A stretch of 38,198 bases of DNA from Bifidobacteriaceae bacterium (lineage in GTDB: Bacteria; Actinomycetota; Actinomycetes; Actinomycetales; WQXJ01), in NCBI GenBank assembly GCA_031257375.1, contig JAIROU010000281.1, forward strand, positions 1 to 38,198, written 5' to 3'. Made by a program: the position numbers and the translations under genes. The stretch's first letter is position 1. Every line of letters starts with the position of its first letter. Of the stretch, positions 7,731-16,465 are shown piece by piece. The notes under the pieces are model-generated. The model worked only from the letters and a program-made list of their open reading frames with translations, did no database searches and had not been told where the DNA came from.

Positions 7731-8501
7731 ATGGGCCCGAGACCCAATAGCGTGACGGTTTCCGCCGAGTCGATTGAGGAGGCGGTCAGGAGAGGAATCG
7801 AGCAGCTAGGAGCATCGAGCAATCAGGACGTGATCGTGACGGTCATCGAAGAGCAAAAAAAAGGGTTCATGGGGTTCGGAGCCAGGCCTGCCGAAGTAAC
7901 AGTCGAGAAGACGCCCGAGTTTAGGCAAAGGCAGGAAGAAGAGCGGCGGACCAGAGTGGCGGCAGCTGAAGCGGAGCTTGAGGGCAGCCTGGTGGTCCGC
8001 GCGGCTCCGCAGTCGGATAGTCGGCGGACAGTGCCCCGTCGGGGTCGCGTTTTGGCTGGCGGTAGCAGTCTGGCGACCCTTCCGGGGCTGCGCGAGTGGT
8101 GGCGGGTGGCCGCGGCCGGGTTGTCCCAGCCGAGGCGCCGGAGCATGGTGATGGCGATGCTTGTGAGGACGGCCATGGCGGCTGGGCCGGCCCCGGTTCG
8201 CACTTGGGAGCGGTCCTGGTCGAACGAGACATCGCGAACTGGGCTGCGCCGAAGCCTTCGCCGCCATCCGCTCCTACCTCTCAACCGCCCGAAAACCCCA
8301 CCAACCGCCACTCGCCGCCCTCGCATCCCTCACCGGCCCAAACACCTGGATCCCGGCCACACCCTGAATAGTTGCGCTGGCAGTCGCGACGATCGGAGCA
8401 GAGATTTCGAAAGACGGCGTTCAGCTGAATTCGGGGGTTCGGGCAGCCGAAGCATTAGATGCCCGGGGGCAAGAGATTGCCCGGCTTCCAAGGGCGCATG
8501 A
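7731..8501 (+). pseudogene. truncated jag/khpB-like gene: Jag_N domain plus charged linker, 3' part replaced by IS debris
   Basis: GGAAGGAG RBS. Residues 1-60 (VTVSAESIEEAVRRGIEQLG...VIEEQKKGFMGFGARPAEVTVEK) closely match the Jag N-terminal domain (B. subtilis Jag ...DEGKKGFLGFGAKPAIVKV). After about residue 90 the frame becomes R/P/S-rich non-coding-like text, antisense to a transposase remnant. No KH or R3H domains. Confidence 0.55.
8063..8239 (-). mobile_element. ISAs1/IS4-superfamily-like DDE transposase C-terminal remnant
   Basis: The minus-frame translation is VRDVSFDQDRSQVRTGAGPAAMAVLTSIAITMLRRLGWDNPAAATRHHSRSPGRVARLL. It matches, from memory, the conserved C-terminal block (RDVTxxEDxSxxRTGxxPxxMAxLRNxAIxLLRxxGxxNIAAAxR) of ISAs1-type transposases. 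No upstream catalytic part and no terminal inverted repeats identified. Confidence 0.5.
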
Positions 8502-8522
8502 GGATAGGGGACTACTACAAGG

Positions 8523-9671
8523 ATGGCGAGCAAGGGTATGGACCGGATAGAGGACGCCGGAGAGGCCGAAGAGTTGAACGGGGAGCTGCTCAGGCTGGCT
8601 GGGGAGCTCTCGGACGATCCGCAGGGGAATCGGGAGATCCTGCTGCGCGCGAGTGATATCTATGCGAGGATGGGAAACCTCCGGAAGGCGAAGAGTTGTT
8701 TCTTCTCGGCGATAGACTTCAAGCCGCAGGATGAGGGCGACCTCGATCCAACCCTCCGGTCCAGAATGAAGAGCGTGATGGAAGCCGGCGACAGTGACGC
8801 GGCACACAAGGCGTGGCTGTCCGTCATGCAGATCATGTCCGAACAGGGATACAGCGAATCTGCCGAGAAGCTATGTCTTTCCGCCTTGGAGAAGTATCCC
8901 TACTGCGCCCACCTGCACGACATTTATGGAACAATCTCCTCATACCTGGTCAGTATCGCCGACGGGATCGAGCATATCGAAACTGCGATAAAGCTGGACC
9001 CACTCGACTCCTCGTCCTACTTGAATCTGGCCGAATTGCAAGTCGAGAGCGGCCGATATGCGGACGCCGCGCAGACTCTCGCGCGGGCGTCAACGCTTCT
9101 CGAAAACAGGCCTGCGCTGTTCACGTTGAGGGAGGAGCGATACTTGCAGGAGACATATGCCCGATTGTCCCGAATGGCGTCGGACCGCTCGTCTGAGTGG
9201 ACCAGGGCTGAAGTCTTGCAAGAGGCGTTGCGCACTTTTCATTCGCTAGTTCATGGCGGTCGCCGGTCAGGCGCCGTGACCGGTTTGTTCTTCCACCGCT
9301 TGAACGGTGGTGGGGAGCGGCTGTCGCCGGAGGTTCGCGGGTGGCCGCTGTGCTATTGCGACGATGGTGGTAGCACGGAGCGCTACTACATCATTAATGA
9401 CAACCAAGACATCGCCCTGCTGAACAGAGGCAGAGCGAGTCTGGGTGAGTTGCTTGGCTCACCTTACTCAAGCCACGAAATTGTGTTGCCTGATCGGTAT
9501 CCGCGAGCCGCAGACTTGCTCTACCAGGATATGCTCTCGGCGTCTCCTGAACCTGATGTCGCCAAGTTCAAGAAGTTTGTCGAGGCGGTGTTGCTTGAGG
9601 GGGCGTTGAAAGGCAACGTGGTCAATGTGCTCGGGCGGTTGCGGAATCTCCCGTGCGGCTTTGGGCCATGA
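8523..9671 (+). CDS. TPR-like repeat protein with unassigned C-terminal domain
   Basis: 382 aa at mid-50s % GC. Residues ~30-200 are helical-pair, TPR-like repeats (e.g. AELQVESGRYADAAQTLARASTLLENRP, IETAIKLDPLDSSSYLNLA). The C-terminal ~150 aa (GLFFHRLNGGGERL...CYCDDGGSTERYYIINDNQDIALLNRG...) has no motif I recognise. The RBS is weak. Confidence 0.65.
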   Translation: MASKGMDRIEDAGEAEELNGELLRLAGELSDDPQGNREILLRASDIYARMGNLRKAKSCFFSAIDFKPQDEGDLDPTLRSRMKSVMEAGDSDAAHKAWLSVMQIMSEQGYSESAEKLCLSALEKYPYCAHLHDIYGTISSYLVSIADGIEHIETAIKLDPLDSSSYLNLAELQVESGRYADAAQTLARASTLLENRPALFTLREERYLQETYARLSRMASDRSSEWTRAEVLQEALRTFHSLVHGGRRSGAVTGLFFHRLNGGGERLSPEVRGWPLCYCDDGGSTERYYIINDNQDIALLNRGRASLGELLGSPYSSHEIVLPDRYPRAADLLYQDMLSASPEPDVAKFKKFVEAVLLEGALKGNVVNVLGRLRNLPCGFGP

Positions 9672-9974
9672 CGAGTCGCGAAGAATTCTCGACGAGTTTG
9701 CGGGAGGCTACGACGCGGCTACGACGCGGAAGAAGCGGTCTTCGTTGCGGAAGTCATGGAAGACGCGGCTCGAACTCTGCGGGCACCCGCATCACCACCC
9801 ACACGGCGGCGCTGGCGTCCAGCACCAAGTTCACCGCTCGCGGCCCTGCAGGATCAGGGCTTCGTGCGGGACCATGCCATCCTGCCACGCCGCCGGGCCT
9901 GCAAAACTACCGCATAACGCTTGCGGACCGCAGGATCGACGGCAGGCGACTCTGTCGCCGAGCCCGCACCCGGT

Positions 9975-11516
9975 TCAGTCGAGTGTGTCGGCTGGGATTC
10001 GGCGGGTCAGCCCGTGGGGTGTGGTGATGGTGGTGTCCCCGGTTTGGGGGTCGCGCTGGTACTCCCAGCTGTGGCTGGTCTTGAGATCGTGGCAGGCTTT
10101 GCACAAATGTTGCATGTTGCTGGTAATGGTCTGTTCGGCCGCGGGGCGGGCAGGGTCGAACGGGTCGATGTGGTCGATCTCGCAGCGCCGGGCGGGCTGC
10201 TGGCAGGCCGGGTTGGCGCACCTGGGTTGGCGGACCGCCAGCAGGCGCCGCAGGCGGACGCCGGGCTTGTAGGAGCCGTTCGACGCGGCCTCCATCGGCC
10301 AGTCGGCGGGCTCGCCCCACGGGTTGACCGGCGGCCCGGGCCGGGCCTCGGGCATCAGGACCAGCCCGGCTTTGAAGGCTTTCTCGGTGGTCCACACCGG
10401 CCGGCCGGTGGCGGGGTCGGTGAACAGGCCCCGCCAGGTCGCGTCGGCGGCGATCTTCCGCCCGACCTCGGCCGGTATTGGCCCGGCGCCCAGGATCAAA
10501 CCTGGCTGGTCGTCCAAGCCCAGCAGGGTGGTCGCGTCCAGGCGCACCAGCACCTGATAGGGGCTGTGGCCCTTGCCGGGGCCCTCCCCGCCCGACTCGG
10601 CGGCGTCCGGCCCGGCGCCGGTGATGTGGGCGACCAGGGCGTCGTACCGGCGCTGGTCGGGTGTCCTGGGGTCGTCCGGGCCGGCCCGCATGGCCAACTC
10701 CTCGGCCTTGTCCAACACGGCCGCGAGCTCTGCGGCCGACCCGTACAAGGTCAACACGCCCATCCCCGCGGCCCGGGGCCGGTAGCGCACGGACCGCTCC
10801 CGATAGGCCGCCTCGTGACCGCCGGAGAACCCGGCCGGGTCCAAACTGGCCGCCAACCGTTCGCAGGCCTCCTGGACCCTGGGGCGGGTCTGGTTCGCCC
10901 CGGCCAGGCGCAGCCCGAGCGAGAGCACGTCCCTGCGCCCGCCCGCGTCCTCCAGCCGGCCCGCCGCCCGCACGATCACAGCGGCCGTCCCGATCGCGAC
11001 CCGCCCGCCCGCCAACGCCTCGCCCAATGACGGCTCGGCCAACCCGGCTCGGCCCACCCTGGCCAACTCCCTGGCGGACTGCATTGTCCGCCCGCACGCC
11101 AAAGCCGCCTCCGCCACCAAAGACCGGGCCGGGCTCAAACCCTCCTCCTGGCCGCGCTCGTCCGCCTCCACGCACCCAGCCGCCAACACCAGGCCGGCCT
11201 GCGCCTGGCACCAGCGCCCCAACTCGTCCCACAACCCCACCAGCCGAACCCGGTCCGACTGGCACACCTCGTCCATCCCCCCGACCCTGACCAGCAAAGC
11301 GACCGCCTCCGGCGACGGCCCCGCCGCCACCGCCAAATCCAACAACTCCCCCGCGCCACCGCCGTCCAGCGCGCACCCGCACCAGCCCTCCAAATGCGGG
11401 CACCCGCCAAGGCCGGCCTCCCAAGGCTCCCCGGCCTCTCCCGCTGGGTCCTCCCAAGCCTCGTTCGGGCCACAAAGCGGCTCCACGCCACAGCCGCTAC
11501 CACCATTTACACTCAT
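9975..11516 (-). CDS. DUF222 / HNH endonuclease (REP13E12-type)
   Basis: 513 aa. The central DUF222-like region runs ...RERSVRYRPRAAGMGVLTLYGSAAELAAVLDKAEELA...TPDQRRYDALV.... The C-terminal HNH motif is CEIDHIDPF...NMQHLCKACHDLKT. Confidence 0.88.
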   Translation of the reverse strand: MSVNGGSGCGVEPLCGPNEAWEDPAGEAGEPWEAGLGGCPHLEGWCGCALDGGGAGELLDLAVAAGPSPEAVALLVRVGGMDEVCQSDRVRLVGLWDELGRWCQAQAGLVLAAGCVEADERGQEEGLSPARSLVAEAALACGRTMQSARELARVGRAGLAEPSLGEALAGGRVAIGTAAVIVRAAGRLEDAGGRRDVLSLGLRLAGANQTRPRVQEACERLAASLDPAGFSGGHEAAYRERSVRYRPRAAGMGVLTLYGSAAELAAVLDKAEELAMRAGPDDPRTPDQRRYDALVAHITGAGPDAAESGGEGPGKGHSPYQVLVRLDATTLLGLDDQPGLILGAGPIPAEVGRKIAADATWRGLFTDPATGRPVWTTEKAFKAGLVLMPEARPGPPVNPWGEPADWPMEAASNGSYKPGVRLRRLLAVRQPRCANPACQQPARRCEIDHIDPFDPARPAAEQTITSNMQHLCKACHDLKTSHSWEYQRDPQTGDTTITTPHGLTRRIPADTLD

Positions 11517-11977
11517 ACATGTATACTACACCCTCCGGGCCGCCCGCGCAACCCCGCCGAGCCCGCACAAAGGTGTCGGCCACCCGGGACGGGGCGGGGC
11601 GAAAGGCGGGCGGACGGCATCGGAAACGACGCCCGACACCGGACCGCCGAACCTCGAACCAGCCAAGCGCCGCACCTGGCGCCTGGCGCCGTGGCTGAGT
11701 TTCACTCAGTTTTCGCGGACGGCGGCGGGCAGTCCGGGCCGCTGGCGGTCAGCGCGCGCGGTACTCTGTCGGGCGTGGCTACACAGTCGATCGGCAGTCT
11801 TTCCGCCTCTACGGATCGGACGCCCAAAGCTCGCGCGGGCCTGCTGACGGTTGAGGAGTTCTTCGCCGCCACCTTGGCGGCGGACGGGCCGGTCGACGCC
11901 GAACCGGCCAATGAGATTCTGCGTCGAGAGCGAGATGGCCGATGAGAGACCCTGTGCTGCACGCTTGGACGCCCGCC

Positions 11978-12364
11978 TCAGGTTTCGCGGGCGGTTGGCC
12001 TCGGGTGGGGCGCGGTCGCGCGATACTGAGAAATGAGTTTTGACACTTCGGATTTCAGGGCTGGCACGTCCTCGGCCAGGGTTTTCCAGATGTCTCGCAT
12101 GTCGAGGATGAAATAGCCGTGGGCCGCCAGGCTCCTGAGTCCAATTGTCTTCTTCCAGGGAATCGCGCCGCCAGCCTCTCGGACCTCAGGACCAAGATGC
12201 GCGGCCAACTCTCCGGTGTTCAGCTATGCCATGACGGCGGCGCGCTGGCGGATCTGGTCGGCCACGAACGCGGCCTCGTCGTTGTTCTCCCTGATCTGGC
12301 CGATCACAGTGATCTCACCGACGATCCGGTTCAGGAGGTTCTCATCCTTGGCGCTGGTAGACAT
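11978..12364 (-). pseudogene. hepT: HepT (DUF86/HEPN) toxin gene with in-frame TAG at codon 47
   Basis: The ATG at 12364 overlaps the end of mntA. The translation is MSTSAKDENLLNRIVGEITVIGQIRENNDEAAFVADQIRQRAAVMA*LNTGELAAHLGPEVREAGGAIPWKKTIGLRSLAAHGYF.... The HEPN Rx4HxY motif (RSLAAHGY) lies downstream of the stop. The TAG is plus-strand cta at 12224..12226, verified codon by codon in frame with both halves. Confidence 0.8.
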
Positions 12365-12641
12365 TGATGGTCTTGCCGATGGAGAAATTGGGGTCGCGGG
12401 GCTCCCCGACGGGGGACTTGACGACGTCGACGGGCACGTTCAACCGTCTGGACGCTTCTTCTTGGAAGCCGAACACTTCCAGCAGCGAGATGGGATTCTC
12501 GGTGAATGTGACCAGCAAGTCGACGTCGCTGCGGGCGGTGACCCGCCCGGTCGCGTAGGAGCCGAACAACTCGACCTCGTGAATCTTGTATCGCGGGGCG
12601 ATCTGCGCCACGGCCTGCCTAATCTGGCTGAGTGTGATCAT
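12342..12641 (-). CDS. mntA: MntA-type nucleotidyltransferase antitoxin
   Basis: 99 aa from the ATG at 12641 (AAGGAG RBS). Minimal NTase motif LFGSYATGRVTARSDVDLLV. The longer track ORF (to 12854) adds an R/P-rich extension that runs past the divergent ileS start. Confidence 0.85.
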   Translation of the reverse strand: MITLSQIRQAVAQIAPRYKIHEVELFGSYATGRVTARSDVDLLVTFTENPISLLEVFGFQEEASRRLNVPVDVVKSPVGEPRDPNFSIGKTINVYQRQG

Positions 12642-12841
12642 GGCGGCGCTCCTTAGATGCCATCGCCAATTGTACGGCGAACCCCGGCCGCGGCCGGGTG
12701 CCCGGCGGCGGGCCGGGCGGATTGGGCTAGAGTTATGCGGTTGGCGAGCGTCGAGCCGGCGATCGCCGGCCGCCTCCCCGGAAGAACGGGCTGACACGGA
12801 CAGCACCAAGACGACGACCGCGAAAAGGACCACCCGGCGCC

Positions 12842-15800
12842 ATGGCTTACCCACTGCACCGCCCAGATTTGACCGACGTCCCGGCCAGGGCCGACTTCCC
12901 GGCCATGGAGCACCAGACCCTGGCCTACTGGGGCAGCGACCGCACCTTCCAGGCCTCGATCGACCAGCGCGCGGCCGACAAGGACGGCCAATCCGGCGCC
13001 AATGAGTTCGTCTTCTACGACGGCCCGCCCTTCGCCAACGGCCTGCCGCACTACGGCCACCTGCTGACCGGCTACGTCAAAGACGTGGCGCCGCGCTACC
13101 AGACCATGCGCGGCCGCCGCGTCGAGCGCCGCTTCGGCTGGGACTGCCACGGCCTGCCGGCCGAGATCGAGGCCGAGCGCGAGCTCGGCATCAAGTCCAA
13201 ACAGGAGATCGACCGCATGGGCGTGGCCGAGTTCAACGCCGCCTGCCGCGCCTCCGTCCTGCGCTACACCGACCAGTGGGAGGATTACGTCTCCCGCCAG
13301 GCCCGCTGGGTCGACTTCGCCAACGACTACAAGACCCTCGACCTGCCCTATATGGAGTCCGTCATGTGGGCCTTCAAGACCTTGTGGGACAAGGGCCTGA
13401 TCTACGAGGGCCACCAGGTCTTGTGGTACTGCTTCCGCTGCGGCACCCCGCTGAGCGCGTCGGAGACCCGCATGGACGAGGTCTACCGCCCGCGCCAGGA
13501 CACCGCCGTGACGGTCGGTTTCGAGCTTTACGCCGACGATGCCGACGATGCCGACGATGCCGCCAGCGACAGCCGCGCCGTCCAGCGGCGGCTGGCCGGG
13601 GCGGTGGCGCTGGCCTGGACCACGACCCCTTGGACGCTGCCGTCGAACCTGGCCCTGGCCGTCAACCCGGAGGTCGACTACGTGCTGGTCGCCCCCGAGG
13701 CGATGGCCGGAGAAAGAGTCCTGCTGGCCGAGGCCAGGCTGGGCGCTTACGCGCGCGAACTGGGGACTTCCCCGGACGTCATCGGACGCTTCAAAGGCCG
13801 CCAACTGGTCGGGCTGCGCTACAAGCCGCTGTTCGACTTCTTCGCCGACCGGGCGGCCGAGGGCGCCTTCAGGGTGCTGGCGGCCGATTACGTGACCACC
13901 GAGGACGGCACCGGCCTGGTCCACATCGCGCCGGCCTACGGCGAGGAGGACAAGGTCGTGACGGACGCGGCCGGGATCGAACTGGTCAACCCGGTGGACG
14001 CGGCCGGGCGCTTCACCGCGCCGGTCGAGCCGTGGCGGGGGGCGGGGGTGTTCGAGGCCAACCGGCCGATCACCCAGGCCCTCAAAGAGGCGGGCCAACT
14101 GCTCCGCCAGGAATCCTACGAGCACCCCTACCCGCACTGCTGGCGCTGCGACACGCCGCTCATCCAGTACGCCGTCAGCTCCTGGTTCGTGGCCGTGACC
14201 AAGTTCCGCGACCGCCTGGTCGAGTTGAACCAGGACATCGAATGGCTGCCGGAACACGTCAAAGACGGCCAATTCGGCAAGTGGCTGGCCGGCGCGCGGG
14301 ACTGGTCGATCTCCCGCAACCGCTACTGGGGCTCGCCCATCCCGGTGTGGACCTCGGACGACCCCGACTACCCCAGGATCGACGTCTACGGCTCGCTGGA
14401 CCAGTTGGAGCGCGACTTCGGGGTGCGGCCGGACGACCTGCACCGGCCCGCGATCGACCAGCTGACCAGGCCGAACCCGGACGACCCGACCGGGCGGTCG
14501 ACCATGCGGCGGGTCCCGGAGGTCCTCGACTGCTGGTTCGAGTCCGGGTCCATGCCGTTCGCCCAGGTCCATTACCCGTTCGAGAACCGCGAATGGTTCG
14601 AGTCGCATTACCCGGGCGATTTCATAGTCGAGTACATCGGCCAGACGCGGGGCTGGTTCTACACCCTGCACGTCCTGGCGACGGCCCTGTTCGACAAGCC
14701 GAGCTTTCGGACCTGCTTGACGCACGGCATCGTGCTGGGTGACGACGGGCTGAAAATGTCCAAGTCGAAGGGCAACTTCCCGGACGTGCGGATGGTCTTC
14801 GAGCGCGACGGGGCGGACGCGATGCGCTGGTTCTTGATGTCCGGGGCGATCCTGCGCGGCGGCAACCTGGTGGTGACCGACGAGGCCATCCGGGTGGCCG
14901 TGCGCCAGGTCCTGCTGCCGCTGTGGAACACTTGGTCGTTCTTCGGGCTGTACGCCAACTCGGCGGCCGGCGGGGCCGGCGTGCGCGCCCGGCGGGTGAC
15001 GGCGGCCGACCGGGCCGGCCTGGCCGAGTTGGACCGGTACATCTTGGCCCGCACCAGGGGTCTGGTGTCCGATGTGACGGCGCAGTTGGACCAGTATTTG
15101 ATCGCGGAGGCCTGCGAGTCGGTCCGGGAGTTCCTCGACGCGCTCAACAACTGGTACGTCCGCGAGTCGCGCGACCGCTTCTGGTCCGAGGACGCGCCCA
15201 GTTTCAACGTCTTGTGGACGGTGCTGGAGACCCTTTGCCGGGTGATGGCCCCGCTGGCGCCCATGTTGAGCGAGGAGATTTGGCGCGGCCTGACCGGCGG
15301 GCGGTCGGTCCACCTGTGCGACTGGCCGTCCTTGGAGCCCGGCTCGGCCGACTCGGAGGCCTTGACGGCCGATGACGCCCTGGTGGCGGTCATGGAGCGG
15401 GTGCGCGAGGTCTGCTCGGCCGCGCTGTCGATGCGCAAGGCCCAGGGGATCAAGGTCCGCCAGCCGTTGGCCGCCTTGGTGGTGTCCGATGCCGACGCGG
15501 CCCGCTTGGGGCCGTTTGTCGATCTGATCAAGGCCGAGGTCAACGTCAAATCGGTGACCTTGGTGGAGTATTCGGCCGAGGCCGCCGCCCGCCACGGCGT
15601 CCACACCCGCCTGGAGGTCAACGCCCGCGCGGCCGGGCCCAGGCTGGGGCGCGACGTCCAGGCGGTCATCAAGGCGGTCAAGTCGGGCGCCTGGGAGCGA
15701 GCGGCCGGGACGGTGGTGGTGACCACGCCGGACGGCCCCGTCGCCCTGCTCGAGGGCGAGTACACCACCCGGACGGTGGTCGAGAACCGCGAGGGCGGCC

Positions 15801-16105
15801 TAAAGGCTGCCGCGGTGCTGTCCGGCAACGGCTTCGCCCTGCTGGACTTGAAGGTCGACGACGCCCTGCTGGCCGAGGGCTACGCCCGCGACATGGTCCG
15901 CCTGGTCCAGGACCAGCGCAAGGCCTCCGGCCTGCACGTGGCCGACCGGATCGACCTGTCCCTGTCGGTCCCCGCCCCCTGGGTGGCGGCGGTCAAGGCC
16001 CACGCCGACCTGATCCAGCGCGAGACCCTGGCCCTGACCCTGCTGGTCGAAGTCTCCCCGACCGACGTGGCTTCGGCCTGGGTGTCCAAGACGCCCGTGC
16101 CCTGA
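12842..16105 (+). CDS. ileS: isoleucine--tRNA ligase (long, type 2 form)
   Basis: 1087 aa with HYGH ([19 protein letters not shown]) and KMSKS ([12 protein letters not shown]). The WCFRC editing-domain region and the length are typical of actinobacterial/eukaryote-like IleRS. Confidence 0.93.
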   Translation: MAYPLHRPDLTDVPARADFPAMEHQTLAYWGSDRTFQASIDQRAADKDGQSGANEFVFYDGPPFANGLPHYGHLLTGYVKDVAPRYQTMRGRRVERRFGWDCHGLPAEIEAERELGIKSKQEIDRMGVAEFNAACRASVLRYTDQWEDYVSRQARWVDFANDYKTLDLPYMESVMWAFKTLWDKGLIYEGHQVLWYCFRCGTPLSASETRMDEVYRPRQDTAVTVGFELYADDADDADDAASDSRAVQRRLAGAVALAWTTTPWTLPSNLALAVNPEVDYVLVAPEAMAGERVLLAEARLGAYARELGTSPDVIGRFKGRQLVGLRYKPLFDFFADRAAEGAFRVLAADYVTTEDGTGLVHIAPAYGEEDKVVTDAAGIELVNPVDAAGRFTAPVEPWRGAGVFEANRPITQALKEAGQLLRQESYEHPYPHCWRCDTPLIQYAVSSWFVAVTKFRDRLVELNQDIEWLPEHVKDGQFGKWLAGARDWSISRNRYWGSPIPVWTSDDPDYPRIDVYGSLDQLERDFGVRPDDLHRPAIDQLTRPNPDDPTGRSTMRRVPEVLDCWFESGSMPFAQVHYPFENREWFESHYPGDFIVEYIGQTRGWFYTLHVLATALFDKPSFRTCLTHGIVLGDDGLKMSKSKGNFPDVRMVFERDGADAMRWFLMSGAILRGGNLVVTDEAIRVAVRQVLLPLWNTWSFFGLYANSAAGGAGVRARRVTAADRAGLAELDRYILARTRGLVSDVTAQLDQYLIAEACESVREFLDALNNWYVRESRDRFWSEDAPSFNVLWTVLETLCRVMAPLAPMLSEEIWRGLTGGRSVHLCDWPSLEPGSADSEALTADDALVAVMERVREVCSAALSMRKAQGIKVRQPLAALVVSDADAARLGPFVDLIKAEVNVKSVTLVEYSAEAAARHGVHTRLEVNARAAGPRLGRDVQAVIKAVKSGAWERAAGTVVVTTPDGPVALLEGEYTTRTVVENREGGLKAAAVLSGNGFALLDLKVDDALLAEGYARDMVRLVQDQRKASGLHVADRIDLSLSVPAPWVAAVKAHADLIQRETLALTLLVEVSPTDVASAWVSKTPVP
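13532..13558 (+). repeat. in-frame 9-bp tandem repeat (GCCGACGAT x3) inside ileS
   Basis: Three perfect copies encoding ADDADDADD in ...[18 protein letters not shown].... Confidence 0.9.
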
Positions 16106-16465
16106 ACCGCTCGCAGCACCCCGAGCGACTCCTAAACCCGGGGACGGTCCTTTCGTCTCAAACTCGGGGACACTCCCTTTGCCCTGGCGAAAGGCGCGAC
16201 CGGCTGGCGTCGGTTGATGCCGCCGCCCTGCGCGAGGCGGCGCGCGAACTTCGCGCCGAAGTGTCTGCTCGGAGCAGACCACCGGCGGCTCTTTAGCGGC
16301 TATCTTGAACAGGACCTGAACGTGAGCGGCGAGATCGCCGTCAGGACATGGGGATGGGCTCGCGTTCGAGAAATGGCCGCCCAGGCGGCACCAGACAACA
16401 ACAAGTTGCCGGAGCGGGAATCGTGGCTCTGGCAGTACGGATGAGGCCCAAGGGAGGGACTTGAT

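Noticed and set aside
7855-7862. A8 homopolymer inside the Jag_N coding region, as a potential frameshift site.
   Set aside because: The current frame encodes the conserved KKGF motif correctly, so there is no evidence of slippage here.
9754-9974. Possible decayed antitoxin/PIN remnant on the minus strand just downstream of the HNH gene. An open frame ends ...PHEALILQGRER, and its stop overlaps (GTGA) a GTG-initiated VNLVLDASAAVWVV... that stops after 26 codons.
   Set aside because: The LDASA-type start is suggestive of a PIN domain. The match is too short, there is no credible antitoxin start codon, and no downstream PIN motifs are visible in any frame.
11394-11945. 183-aa + strand ORF filling the HNH-hepT intergenic region. 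Its tail reads ...LLTVEEFFAATLAADGPVDAEPANEILRRERDGR.
   Set aside because: Most of it is R/P/G-rich and overlaps the HNH gene 5' end in antisense. No start context and no motif. At most the last ~35 codons could be a relic of something.
12642-12841. Possible T-box leader upstream of ileS, since actinobacterial ileS genes are often T-box regulated.
   Set aside because: I found an AUC inside the palindrome gccggcgATCgccggc and an ACCGCG near the RBS. I did not find the conserved GGUGGNACCGCG T-box core or a convincing Stem I. The 200-bp region must also hold the divergent mntA promoter. A covariance-model search (Rfam T-box) would settle it.
14535-14545. GGTTCGAGTCC, a tRNA T-arm-like string.
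   Set aside because: It lies inside the ileS coding frame (CWFESGS) with no surrounding cloverleaf. It is a coincidence.
12653-15604. 983-aa ORF antisense to ileS. The same applies to similar giants: 28794..32090 (+, 1098 aa), 1206..3161 (-), 1760..3394 (+), 9907..11475 (-), 19041..20903 (+) and 22314..23624 (-).
   Set aside because: These are R/G/P/A-rich, motif-free translations that overlap well-supported genes in another frame or strand. Long spurious ORFs are expected at ~70% GC because stop codons are rare.
16322-16444. 40-codon Trp-rich ORF (VSGEIAVRTWGWARVREMAAQAAPDNNKLPERESWLWQYG) ending 22 nt before the HEAT-repeat gene.
   Set aside because: No RBS and no recognisable family. It is too short to separate from chance, though its GC3 is fairly high. 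It would need ribosome profiling or conservation evidence.
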